From Candidatus Omnitrophota bacterium (GTDB lineage Bacteria > Omnitrophota > Gorgyraeia > Duberdicusellales > 4484-171), in NCBI GenBank assembly GCA_014729775.1, contig WJJJ01000011.1, forward strand, positions 4,606 through 68,605: a stretch of 64,000 bases of DNA, given 5' to 3'. Under the pieces are notes generated by a model. That model searched no databases. It was not told the origin of the DNA and worked only from the letters and a program-made list of their open reading frames with translations. The position numbers and the translations under genes were made by a program. This document shows positions 20,017 to 31,622 of the stretch, piece after piece (position 1 is the stretch's first letter; every line of letters begins with the position of its first letter).

Positions 20017-20387
20017 GGTGGCGTATGCGTAAAGGTATAGTATTCGTCGTGGTCCTGGGAATATTAATCGTGGTGTCCTCCCTGGCGTTTGTCATTCTGA
20101 TGCTGCTGACGCAGGAATCGCGCGTTGCCGAATACAAGATTCGCCGGATGAGGGCTTTTTACGCCGCACAGGCAGGGAAAATCCTCGCACTGGAACAACT
20201 GAGGAAAGGAAACTGGACATACGACAACAGTTACACGATCTGTCCCTCCGCCGGAGGCGGCTGCGATGCGGTGGATCCGGATATCGCCTATGAGGTCGAC
20301 GTCGACATTCACGCGCAGGGACATACCGATTCCGGTGCAGCGGCATTAACCGGAACGACGCAAATTGATGTGAGCGTAGATTACTGA
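20013..20387 (+). CDS. PilX N-terminal-domain (minor-pseudopilin-like) secreted protein
   Basis: 124 aa with a hydrophobic N-terminus followed by TQESRVAEYKIRRMRAFYAAQAG, a pattern like PilX_N (hydrophobic stretch, then ...QER....R..AF.AAEAG). Confidence 0.4.
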   Translation: MRWRMRKGIVFVVVLGILIVVSSLAFVILMLLTQESRVAEYKIRRMRAFYAAQAGKILALEQLRKGNWTYDNSYTICPSAGGGCDAVDPDIAYEVDVDIHAQGHTDSGAAALTGTTQIDVSVDY

Positions 20388-20508
20388 GGCAATCTCACCT
20401 GTCTCGGTACTTTTTCAGTTCTTCACATACGCCGAAACAACAAACCGCGAGCACGGTTGTCTGCCGATGTGCACAACGGCGGGAGCGCGAAGCCGAAGAA
20501 TATGCATC

Positions 20509-20581
20509 GGGCCGGTAGTTCAGTTGGGAGAACGCCTCGTTCGCAACGAGGAGGTCGGGAGTTCGAATCTCCTCCGGTCCA
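20509..20581 (+). tRNA. tRNA-Ala (anticodon CGC)
   Basis: Folds by hand into a cloverleaf: acceptor GGGCCGG/CCGGTCC with a G3:U70 wobble (the Ala identity element), D arm GTTC/GAAC, anticodon stem CCTCG/CGAGG with loop TTCGCAA (U33, CGC, A37) and T arm GGGAG-TTCGAAT-CTCCT. Confidence 0.85.
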
Positions 20582-20632
20582 TATCCCTAACAGGTACCAC
20601 TCATCAATCACATGAAATGAACGATCACGTCC

Positions 20633-21355
20633 ATGGGCCGCACCAGAATATATCTTCCGTCCGCACATATCCTGCCGGAAATCGTACTGCGTGAGAAATC
20701 CGCGGTGCATAAATTAAAACATGTCCTGAGAGTACGAAAAGAGGAACCGGTATTCGTCTTTGACGGAGCCGGATCCGAGTACCGCTATACGCTCCGCGAG
20801 TATGGAAAATCCACCGTCCGGCTGGATACACAGGAACGAACACGCCTGCAGGACAATGCCGGGTTTTCTCTTGGATTAGCAATACCGGTACTCTCCGACG
20901 ATAAAATGAGCCTTATATTTCAACGCGCGACCGAATTAGGCGCGATGAATTTTCATCTTTTTTGCTCGGAACGAAGCAACCGCAAAGAACCGAAATCTCA
21001 TAAATACGCCCGCTGGAAAAAAATCGTGATCGAAGCCGCGCGGCAGTCCGAACGGCTCTGGCTTCCGGAAATTCATCCCTGCGCCGGTCTTTGTAACCTG
21101 CCGTTGGACGAATATCCATATTCAGCCGTGGCCGATCTCCGGGGAGCGCCTCTGCCGGCCGAACGTGTGCGAGAGGTCGGCGCGGTTTGTTATTTCGTAG
21201 GGCCCGAAGGGGGATTCAGTCCGGAAGAAGACCGCCGCTTTCTTTCCGCGAAAATTTCCCGCGTCTCGTTCTCCCCGCATACCCTGAGGACCGAAACCGC
21301 GGCAATCACCGCGGCGGCTTTGACCGCATGGATCAATCACCCCTCTGTCCGATGA
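20633..21355 (+). CDS. rsmE: 16S rRNA (uracil1498-N3)-methyltransferase
   Basis: 240 aa with RsmE-like motifs (RIYLPS, VGPEGGFSPEE, RVSFSPHTLRTETAAITA). Confidence 0.8.
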   Translation: MGRTRIYLPSAHILPEIVLREKSAVHKLKHVLRVRKEEPVFVFDGAGSEYRYTLREYGKSTVRLDTQERTRLQDNAGFSLGLAIPVLSDDKMSLIFQRATELGAMNFHLFCSERSNRKEPKSHKYARWKKIVIEAARQSERLWLPEIHPCAGLCNLPLDEYPYSAVADLRGAPLPAERVREVGAVCYFVGPEGGFSPEEDRRFLSAKISRVSFSPHTLRTETAAITAAALTAWINHPSVR

Positions 21356-22587
21356 AAGCAAAGGTAGTGACCCTCGGCTGTAAAGTCAACCAATATGAAG
21401 GACGGTGCCTTGAAGAACTGCTCGAAGTCCACGGGTATACTCTGACCGAACAACAGGCGGACCTCTGTGTGATCAATTCCTGTTCGGTCACGGCTCGCGC
21501 CGACCGAAAGACGAAAAACGCCGTGAAAAACGCGCGGAAGGAAAATCCTTCGGCCCGCCTGGTGCTGTGCGGCTGTTACAGCGAATCAGACGAACCCTCG
21601 TTTCGTACACTCGGGGTGGAGATCTTCGTACCCCCGGATCGAAAAACCTCGCTGATCTCGTTCCTGAACGGGAACACGCCGTCTCCCGGAGACGTACGGA
21701 ATTTTTCGTTACGGCGATTTCATTCCCGGCGTGCATTCCTGAAAATACAGGATGGATGCGATATCCGCTGTGCTTTTTGCAAAATTCCTTCCATGCGCGG
21801 TCCGTCTCGCAGCCGTCCTCTTGAACCGATCCTGGAAGAAACCCGGCATCTGGTTCGCTTTCATCCGGAAATTGTGCTCTGCGGAGTGAATATCGGTCTT
21901 TATGGAAAAGATTTACGCCCGGAGAGTTCTCTGCCCCGTCTTCTTGACGCACTGCTCGCCGTTGCGGATCTCCAGCGAATACGGCTCGGCTCTCTGGATA
22001 CCGTATTCGTCACCCGGGAAACACTCAATTTTCTGGCGCATCCTGCCATGGCTCCCCATCTCCATTTATCCTTTCAAAGCGGGGACGATTCCGTGCTTAA
22101 GGCCATGGGCAAACCGGACCGGACCGCAGATTATGCGGCCGCGGTGGAAAACGCCCGGAAAATCTGTCCTCATGTCGCCATAAGCTGTGATATTCTGGTC
22201 GGCTTTCCCGCAGAAGGCGAACACCAGTTCCAAAACACGCTGGCTTTTCTGGAACGCATTCGGCCGATGAGAACCCACATATTCACCTTTTCCCCCCGGG
22301 AAGGCACGCCGCTCTCCCGCACTCCCGGACCGGGAAGCCGGGAGAAGAAGAGACGATACCGGACAGTACGCGCGCATGCCGAAAAATATGCCCGCGAGTA
22401 CGTCCGGCGGCAGATTCAAGCTCCGCAGAGAATGGTCGCAGAGGAGCGGGACGGGGAATGGACTCGCGGCACGACGGGAACGTACTTAAAGGTATCGGTC
22501 CGGGAACGGCTCCCGCTCGGCCGCATCTATTCCGTGATACCGGTAACGCAGGCGGCGAACGGGATCGTCGCAGTCAGGAATCATTGA
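21352..22587 (+). CDS. mtaB: MtaB-like radical SAM tRNA methylthiotransferase
   Basis: Starts MKAKVVTLGCKVNQYEG (MTTase N domain) at an ATG overlapping the rsmE stop. It has the radical SAM CAFCKIP cluster and a C-terminal TRAM-like region. Confidence 0.8.
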   Translation: MKAKVVTLGCKVNQYEGRCLEELLEVHGYTLTEQQADLCVINSCSVTARADRKTKNAVKNARKENPSARLVLCGCYSESDEPSFRTLGVEIFVPPDRKTSLISFLNGNTPSPGDVRNFSLRRFHSRRAFLKIQDGCDIRCAFCKIPSMRGPSRSRPLEPILEETRHLVRFHPEIVLCGVNIGLYGKDLRPESSLPRLLDALLAVADLQRIRLGSLDTVFVTRETLNFLAHPAMAPHLHLSFQSGDDSVLKAMGKPDRTADYAAAVENARKICPHVAISCDILVGFPAEGEHQFQNTLAFLERIRPMRTHIFTFSPREGTPLSRTPGPGSREKKRRYRTVRAHAEKYAREYVRRQIQAPQRMVAEERDGEWTRGTTGTYLKVSVRERLPLGRIYSVIPVTQAANGIVAVRNH

Positions 22588-22589
22588 CC

Positions 22590-23300
22590 ATGCGTCTCAA
22601 CGCCTATCTCGCCCAAAACGGCAGAATATCCCGGCGGAAAGCCGATGCGCTTATCGCATCCGGATCGGTCACGGTGAACGGACGAGTGATACGCAGTCCC
22701 GGGTACGGGGTAGCAGACGACGACGCGGTGAAAGCAGATGGAGCTCATATCCGCGCCGAACCGAAAAAATATCTGCTTTTACACAAACCGAAAGGAGTAA
22801 CTTCCACGGTAAAGGACAAATTCGCGGCTCTCACCGCGCTCGATCTTCTTCCCCGCGAATCCCGCAACGTATATCCCGCGGGACGGCTGGATAAGAATTC
22901 GACCGGGATGCTCATTCTCACGAACGACGGAGAGCTGTGCCATCGAATTACGCATCCCCGTCACGAGATCGAAAAAGAATATCTGGCGACTCTTCGCGGA
23001 AGCCTTCCCGAAAAGGCATGCACGCAGCTGGTGCACGGGATACGGGACGGAGAAGATCTGCTCCGTGTCGAACGTCTCGTCTTCCTTGAGCGCGGCCGTG
23101 AACGTACCCGCTGCCGGATCACGGTGAGGGAAGGAAAAAAACGCCATCTGCGCCGCATCTTCCGCCGCGCGGGAACTCCGGTAGAGGAACTGCACCGTAT
23201 ACGGATCGGAGGTCTTCTTCTGAACGGCCTTCCGGAGGGACAATACCGGCGTTTATCCCGCCGGCAGGCCTACCGGGCGTTGAGACGCGAACCGGAATAA
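22590..23300 (+). CDS. rRNA pseudouridine synthase (RsuA/RluB family)
   Basis: Has an N-terminal S4 domain (MRLNAYLAQNGRISRRKADALIASGSVTVNG) and the catalytic motif GRLDKNSTGMLILTNDGEL. The start 22590 is preferred over the track start 22458. Confidence 0.8.
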   Translation: MRLNAYLAQNGRISRRKADALIASGSVTVNGRVIRSPGYGVADDDAVKADGAHIRAEPKKYLLLHKPKGVTSTVKDKFAALTALDLLPRESRNVYPAGRLDKNSTGMLILTNDGELCHRITHPRHEIEKEYLATLRGSLPEKACTQLVHGIRDGEDLLRVERLVFLERGRERTRCRITVREGKKRHLRRIFRRAGTPVEELHRIRIGGLLLNGLPEGQYRRLSRRQAYRALRREPE

Positions 23301-23370
23301 TTTTTTTGTTGGAGGAAAAGAAAAATAATGTTAGGATACTCTCTCACCCCATTAAAAACAAGGAGTCGGA

Positions 23371-23919
23371 ATGAAAGTTGTTTTCCTCGATCGCGACGGC
23401 GTCATTAATACCTATCCCGGAGAAGGCAAATACGTGACTTCACCGAAGGACTTGAAACTTATTCCCGGCAGTGCGGAAGGACTGCGCCTGCTGTCTCAAC
23501 GCGGTTTCAAATTATTCGTCGTCTCCAACCAATCGGGAGTAGCCCGGGGGCTGTACACGGAAAAAGACCTGGAAAAAATCACAAAACGTCTGCGCGTCCT
23601 GCTCAAGAAAAACCGGGCCCGCGTCGACGGGATATATTATTGCACCCATCATCCCGACGAACAATGCCACTGCCGCAAGCCGGACACCGGATTGCTGGAC
23701 CGGGCACTCCGTGAACACGGACTGAAGCCCGGGGCTTCCTGTTTCATCGGAGATTCGTTTACCGATATGCACACCGCGAAAAAGTTCGGTGCCAAACCGA
23801 TCCTGGTGCTCTCCGGCCGCGAAAAAATCTCCCGGCGGGACGAATGGCCGTTTGACCCGGATTATATTTTTGACAATCTTCTGCTTGCCGCTCACTATCT
23901 CTGCGCCCACAATGGTTAA
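23371..23919 (+). CDS. gmhB: D,D-heptose 1,7-bisphosphate phosphatase (HAD-IIIA)
   Basis: 182 aa with FLDRDGVIN (HAD motif I), VVSNQSG, and CxHxxxxxCxCRKP (the GmhB zinc motif). Confidence 0.8.
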   Translation: MKVVFLDRDGVINTYPGEGKYVTSPKDLKLIPGSAEGLRLLSQRGFKLFVVSNQSGVARGLYTEKDLEKITKRLRVLLKKNRARVDGIYYCTHHPDEQCHCRKPDTGLLDRALREHGLKPGASCFIGDSFTDMHTAKKFGAKPILVLSGREKISRRDEWPFDPDYIFDNLLLAAHYLCAHNG

Positions 23920-24952
23920 ATACTGCGTTTTTCATGCGACATTCGGACAAGGACACGCGCAGGCGGCGCAAGCCATCGCCGACTACCTGCATACCCCGGC
24001 TGTGGACCTGCTCGGGTTTCTGCCCCGCATCCCGGCCCGTCTGCTCTCCCAAGGATACGTATGGATCACGGAACACGCACCGCTGTTGTGGCATACCTTG
24101 TTTCTCGCCTCCCGTCCCGCACCCGTAGTCCGGCTGCTGCAGCGGCTTCACTGCGTATGGTACCGCGGCGCGCTGCGTTTTCTGCTGCGTCAGCGCCCCG
24201 AATGCCTGATCACTACCCATTTCTTTCCGGTGGGACTCGCCGCGGAGGCGAAGAAATATCTTCCGCACATGCGGATCATCGTGGTGGTGACCGATCTCCG
24301 CGTGCATCCGCTCTGGCACCACGATAAGGTTGACCGTTATTACGTGGCTCATCCGCAAGGCAGAGAGGATCTGATCCGACGGGGAGTGCGTCCGGATAAA
24401 ATCTCCTGCGGATACGTCCCGGTGCGCGCGCAATTCTTTACCGGCTGCGACGCCGGTCAACTCAGGATCCGCTACGGCATCGATCACCGTCCCTGCGTCC
24501 TGTTGGTATCTTCTTTGAGCGGCCGCTTCCCGGAAGTGGAAAAGCTGATCACGGAGCTCAAGGATCAATATAATCTTTTCATTATTTACGGACGAAACCG
24601 CCGAATGTGCCGGAAATTACAGCGGTTTAAATCCAAGGGCGTACGTCTGTTCCGGTTCCACAGCCGTATCTGGGAACTGATGACGCTGGCCCGGATCATC
24701 GTTACCAAACCGGGCGGATTAACGCTCTTTGAAGGCATGGTAAAACGCGCCTACTTTGTCTTTCCCGAGTACATCCCGGGACAGGAATATGAAAATCTTC
24801 AACTCATAACCGATTACGGAATCGCTGAATACGCTCCGGACGTACATTCGATTATTGCCGCGATCCGTAAATTTTCCGGAGGGCCGTCCGAAAAATACCC
24901 TCTGCAGGTCAAAGATATACGTCCCGAAATCCGCGGTGCCCAACGCTCATGA
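23912..24952 (+). CDS. GT28-family glycosyltransferase (MGDG-synthase/MurG-like)
   Basis: Starts MVKYCVFHATFGQGHAQAA, with TKPGGLTLFEG near the C-terminus, matching the monogalactosyldiacylglycerol-synthase/UgtP fold. The start 23912 overlaps the gmhB end. Confidence 0.6.
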   Translation: MVKYCVFHATFGQGHAQAAQAIADYLHTPAVDLLGFLPRIPARLLSQGYVWITEHAPLLWHTLFLASRPAPVVRLLQRLHCVWYRGALRFLLRQRPECLITTHFFPVGLAAEAKKYLPHMRIIVVVTDLRVHPLWHHDKVDRYYVAHPQGREDLIRRGVRPDKISCGYVPVRAQFFTGCDAGQLRIRYGIDHRPCVLLVSSLSGRFPEVEKLITELKDQYNLFIIYGRNRRMCRKLQRFKSKGVRLFRFHSRIWELMTLARIIVTKPGGLTLFEGMVKRAYFVFPEYIPGQEYENLQLITDYGIAEYAPDVHSIIAAIRKFSGGPSEKYPLQVKDIRPEIRGAQRS

Positions 24953-26745
24953 AAATCGCCCGAGTGATTTTACCGATTGCGCTGGAAAAAGAATTCGATT
25001 ATTGTCTGTCCGGGAACGCGCCGGCGCGGCGCGGAATGCGGGTACAGGTAAATTTCAACGGAAAAAGAAGGATCGGAATCATTTCCGGTATCCAACCGAC
25101 CACCAAATGCGCCAAGATCAAACCGGTGCTTGAAGTACTGGACCCGTCTCCCGTGCTCCGTCCCGATCAGTTCCGGCTGGCCCGCGCCCTGAGTCAATTC
25201 TATCCCTATGCCTTCGGAGAATTTTTATTCATGATGCTGCCTGCCGCGGCGAAACGGCGGAAGAAACTGGAGTGGACGCCGGCCAGGCGGCCTGGGTCCG
25301 GCACCTCCCCACAGGAAACGGTCCCTTCCTATATTCAGGGATTTGATTTTGCTCAGCGATACCGCCGCTACCGCCCCTTTCTCGATGAGGCGCTTTCCCG
25401 CGGGTCGGTAGTATTCTGTGTGCCTCATGCAGGGCTTCTCGGCGAAGCCGCCGCCCGGCTGAAGGAAGATTATCCGGAGCGGATCTGTCCCCTCCACAGC
25501 CGAATGACTGAAAAGGAGCAGTACGCCAGCTGGCATCGTTCGCGATCACGGTCGGTCCTGCTGGGCACGCGCAGTGCTCTGTGGTATTATCCCCGGGATC
25601 TCACACTTATCGTGCTTGACGAAGAACACAGCGAATATTATTTCCAGGAGGAAAAGCCCTATTCGCACCTTCGCGACGTCGCCCGGCTCGTGGCCGACGA
25701 GACAAAATGCCGGGTACTGCTGGGAGGAGAATATCCCTCTCTGGCGACATACGCGCAGATACACCGAAAACGCATCACCGCGGATTTTTCCGCACATGCG
25801 TTCACTCCGATCCAGATCATCCCCCTTCACGACACGGGCAACAAACACCGGGCATTCAGTCCGCTGCTGTTTGAATTCATCCGTCAGACCCTGGAACAGG
25901 AGAAGAGATGTATCCTTATCTGGAACAAAAAAGGGTATACGCGGGCGCTGGTATGCACTTCCTGCAATGTTTCTCTTCAATGCCGACAGTGTTCGGGATA
26001 CCTGTGGTATTCCCGGGCCGAAGACAAAGCGGTATGCTCCCGCTGCGAGCGGCGCTATTCCGTTCCGCCGCTGTGTCCGGTCTGCAATTCGGGTTTACTG
26101 AAAAGCAGGGGAATGGGCATTGAAAAGTTAGAAGCGATGATAAGACAGTTCTTTCCTGAAGCCGCGCTCGCCATGCTGGACGAAGAGAATAAAAGGGAAT
26201 CCGACATTCTCCTTTCCACGAGAAAGGCAGTCAATATCCCGCAACTGCGCGGCAAATACGACCGGGCATTTATTCTGGATATCGACTCCTTTCTGAACCG
26301 CCGGGAATACCACGCGACATTCGACGCGTTTCTGTTTCTCCGGAAATTAAGCTGGATGATGAAAGAACGCGTGTATCTGTTCACGCGGCTGTTGTCACAC
26401 CCTCTGTTCGAGACGCTGAACGAATCGTGGGAACAGTTCTACCGGAAAGAACTGGATACGCGCCGGCGTCTGAGTCTTCCCCCGTACGGACACACCGTCA
26501 AATTCGTGCTTCGCGGACCGAAGGAAATGTCGGTTTGCAGACAGGCGCAAAATCTATATAATAAACTTTCGGGGATACCGGGAGATTTGTACGGACCGGC
26601 ACCGGAAGTTCCCTTTCGCGTGCGCGGCAACTACCGGTTTTCGATCACGCTGAAGACCGGCGCTTCGGTGCCGGTACGCAAAGAGGTGAAGAACGTACTC
26701 TCGCGGCATCGGACACACGCAAAAATCGCGGTGATAATCGAGTGA
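24949..26745 (+). CDS. priA: Primosomal protein N' homolog with degenerate Walker A
   Basis: 598 aa with a 3'-DNA-binding N-domain, DEEH (Walker B), GTRSAL and a 4-Cys zinc region (CTSCNVSLQCRQC...CSRCER...CPVCNS). The P-loop position reads GFDFAQRY instead of GVTGSGKT. Confidence 0.75.
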   Translation: MKIARVILPIALEKEFDYCLSGNAPARRGMRVQVNFNGKRRIGIISGIQPTTKCAKIKPVLEVLDPSPVLRPDQFRLARALSQFYPYAFGEFLFMMLPAAAKRRKKLEWTPARRPGSGTSPQETVPSYIQGFDFAQRYRRYRPFLDEALSRGSVVFCVPHAGLLGEAAARLKEDYPERICPLHSRMTEKEQYASWHRSRSRSVLLGTRSALWYYPRDLTLIVLDEEHSEYYFQEEKPYSHLRDVARLVADETKCRVLLGGEYPSLATYAQIHRKRITADFSAHAFTPIQIIPLHDTGNKHRAFSPLLFEFIRQTLEQEKRCILIWNKKGYTRALVCTSCNVSLQCRQCSGYLWYSRAEDKAVCSRCERRYSVPPLCPVCNSGLLKSRGMGIEKLEAMIRQFFPEAALAMLDEENKRESDILLSTRKAVNIPQLRGKYDRAFILDIDSFLNRREYHATFDAFLFLRKLSWMMKERVYLFTRLLSHPLFETLNESWEQFYRKELDTRRRLSLPPYGHTVKFVLRGPKEMSVCRQAQNLYNKLSGIPGDLYGPAPEVPFRVRGNYRFSITLKTGASVPVRKEVKNVLSRHRTHAKIAVIIE

Positions 26746-27722
26746 AACATCCGTCTGGCGCACCACACAAAAAGATACTCTATTTCGGGAGCTCCCGTTT
26801 TTCCCGGATCGTACTGGAAATGATGTGCGCGCACGGCCGGATTCCCGCGCATGTCATTACCCGGCCGGCACGGCCTCGGGGACGGGGACTCTCGTCCTCG
26901 GCGACGGAAACACACCAAGTCTGTCTCCAGCGCGATATTCCGGTAGAGGCGCCGGAAACATTGACCGGATCTTCGCTGAAAACGCGTCTTTCCCGGATGC
27001 ATCCGGAGTATCTCGTCCTCGCCGATTACGGGGGATTGTTGCCGGACTGGCTTTTAAAGATGCCGTCCCGGATGCCGCTGGGAGTGCATCCCTCTTTGCT
27101 TCCCAAATACCGCGGCGCCGCGCCCGTTCACTGGGCTTTATTACGCGGTGAAAGGGAAACTGGGGTGACAATTTTCCGGGTCGAGCCCGAACTTGACGCC
27201 GGAGGGATCATTTCTCAACGCAAAATTTCAGTCGATCCCGAGGATACCGTGCACACCTTGACCGAAAAGCTTGCCCGGGCCGGGGGAACCTTGTTGAGCG
27301 ACACATTGACCGCACTGACCGAAAAAAAGCTCAAGCCGAAACCCCAGGACGAATCCAAGGCAACCTACGCGCCCAAGCTGAAAAAAAGCGACGGGAACAT
27401 TCGATGGGGGGCCCAATCCGCTTCCCAGATCATCAATCTCATCCGGGCAACGACAGGATGGCCTTCGGCCTACACTTTTTACCGCGGGCGACAGATAAAG
27501 ATCATCCGCGCCCGGGCGGTTGCCCGGGATCATCCGGCCGTTCCCGGCACGGTACTCGCCGCAGATCCGCAGGGAATAGAGGTCGGCGCAGGCGCGCATA
27601 TTCTGAAGGTGTCAGTTCTGCAGCCGGAAGGAAAACGGCCCATGGATGCCGGCGCGTTTCTTTCCGGATACCGGATCCAGCCCGGAGACCGTTTCAGCTC
27701 CGAGAGAAATGGAAAAAATTAA
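26742..27722 (+). CDS. fmt: Methionyl-tRNA formyltransferase
   Basis: 326 aa with a formyltransferase core (GVHPSLLPKYRGAAPVHWALL, TGVTIF) and a C-terminal Fmt domain. Confidence 0.9.
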   Translation: MKHPSGAPHKKILYFGSSRFSRIVLEMMCAHGRIPAHVITRPARPRGRGLSSSATETHQVCLQRDIPVEAPETLTGSSLKTRLSRMHPEYLVLADYGGLLPDWLLKMPSRMPLGVHPSLLPKYRGAAPVHWALLRGERETGVTIFRVEPELDAGGIISQRKISVDPEDTVHTLTEKLARAGGTLLSDTLTALTEKKLKPKPQDESKATYAPKLKKSDGNIRWGAQSASQIINLIRATTGWPSAYTFYRGRQIKIIRARAVARDHPAVPGTVLAADPQGIEVGAGAHILKVSVLQPEGKRPMDAGAFLSGYRIQPGDRFSSERNGKN

Positions 27723-27761
27723 ACAGAGACACGCAAGAGCGGAGAGGGAAAAGGAGGAACC

Positions 27762-28037
27762 GTGAGCGAACATGCGCGATACGTGACTTTTGAAGGCAAC
27801 GTCCAGGGGGTGGGATTTCGCTATACCGCCCAGCGACTCGCGGGAAGACACCAAATCAGCGGCTGGGTACGCAATCTTTGCGACGGAAGAGTGGAATTAT
27901 TCGCCCAGGGAAAACCGGAGTATGTACGCGATTATCTGGACGGAATCCGCGCAAATTTTTCCCGCCACATCCATAAAACCTTACAGGAAGAGCGGGACTG
28001 TGATCAAGGGCTGTCCGGCTTCCGGATACGGTATTAA
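27762..28037 (+). CDS. acyP: Acylphosphatase
   Basis: 91 aa with VTFEGNVQGVGFRYTA and GWVRNL, the acylphosphatase signatures. Confidence 0.85.
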   Translation: MSEHARYVTFEGNVQGVGFRYTAQRLAGRHQISGWVRNLCDGRVELFAQGKPEYVRDYLDGIRANFSRHIHKTLQEERDCDQGLSGFRIRY

Positions 28038-28083
28038 GAAAAAAGCGGAAAACCAGAATAGAGGCGAGCGGAAAAGGGAAGAT

Positions 28084-30826
<2,743 letters not shown>

Positions 30827-30869
30827 TTTCTCTGGACTTTTCGTTCATTTAATGGTACATTTGAGGTGT

Positions 30870-31544
30870 ATGGACAAAAGAAAGCGGGTATTTACGCTGG
30901 TGGAAATCATGCTGGTGCTCATTCTGGTCGGCATCATCGCCACTTTTTCCATTCCGGTGTACCGCGGAGTGGTGGAACGCTCCCGGGCCGAAGCCTGTGC
31001 GGTGAATCTGGAAGCATTGCTGGCAGCGGTCGAAACGTTCACGATGGAACAGAATACTACCCCAGGGGATCTGAGCTGGCTCAGGGAGAAGGATTTCCGG
31101 AAAGCCTGGGCGAGGATCTATCGCAGAAAGGGGTACTGGAAGGTCAAACTGACCCAGTTCGTCGCCGAACTGGACCGCCGCGGCACGGCCTACGCGCAGT
31201 GGGTCGATACCTACATCGGCAATATCGCCAGATACCGCTGTCCGTCGGCTCCTCAGGGACTGGGGATGACCTACGGATTAAATCCGGCCGTCGCAAACCT
31301 CCCGTTCGGGACCTATCAGAACCTTGGAGCAAACGTACCGGTCATCTATGACGCCGACGGGAGAGGGAATCCGGTTTCCCGTCATCGGGATGTCGCGTTT
31401 TTCGGCACCGGATCGGCGTACGTCCAGGGAATCAACAGGAACGGAGAAGTGCTGGTATCCCAAAGCGGAACACGCTGGCAACTAAAATCTGATGATGATG
31501 GTGACGACGACGGGCCTAAAGATGGCGATGACCTCGACGACTGA
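30870..31544 (+). CDS. Type IV pilin/pseudopilin-like protein with poly-acidic C-terminus
   Basis: The ATG follows a GAGGTG RBS. The N-terminus MDKRKRVFTLVEIMLVLILVGIIA is a prepilin-type class III signal with a Glu+5, although Val replaces the usual Gly at -1. The tail is KSDDDGDDDGPKDGDDLDD. Confidence 0.55.
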   Translation: MDKRKRVFTLVEIMLVLILVGIIATFSIPVYRGVVERSRAEACAVNLEALLAAVETFTMEQNTTPGDLSWLREKDFRKAWARIYRRKGYWKVKLTQFVAELDRRGTAYAQWVDTYIGNIARYRCPSAPQGLGMTYGLNPAVANLPFGTYQNLGANVPVIYDADGRGNPVSRHRDVAFFGTGSAYVQGINRNGEVLVSQSGTRWQLKSDDDGDDDGPKDGDDLDD

Positions 31545-31622
31545 ATCCATTCCATCACGGTCCCTGTCCCGAGAAAAAATGCGTTATACGCGTAGAGATC
31601 AATTGTTAACCATCCGGGTGAG

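Noticed and set aside
23759-24568. 269-aa minus-strand ORF antisense to the GT28 glycosyltransferase
   Set aside because: It is a shadow ORF in a GC-rich region with no motifs.
27790-28083. 98-aa N-terminal extension of the metallophosphoesterase ORF
   Set aside because: It overlaps acyP in a different frame. The conserved MPP N-terminus begins at MRYGIFSDVHGN (28084).
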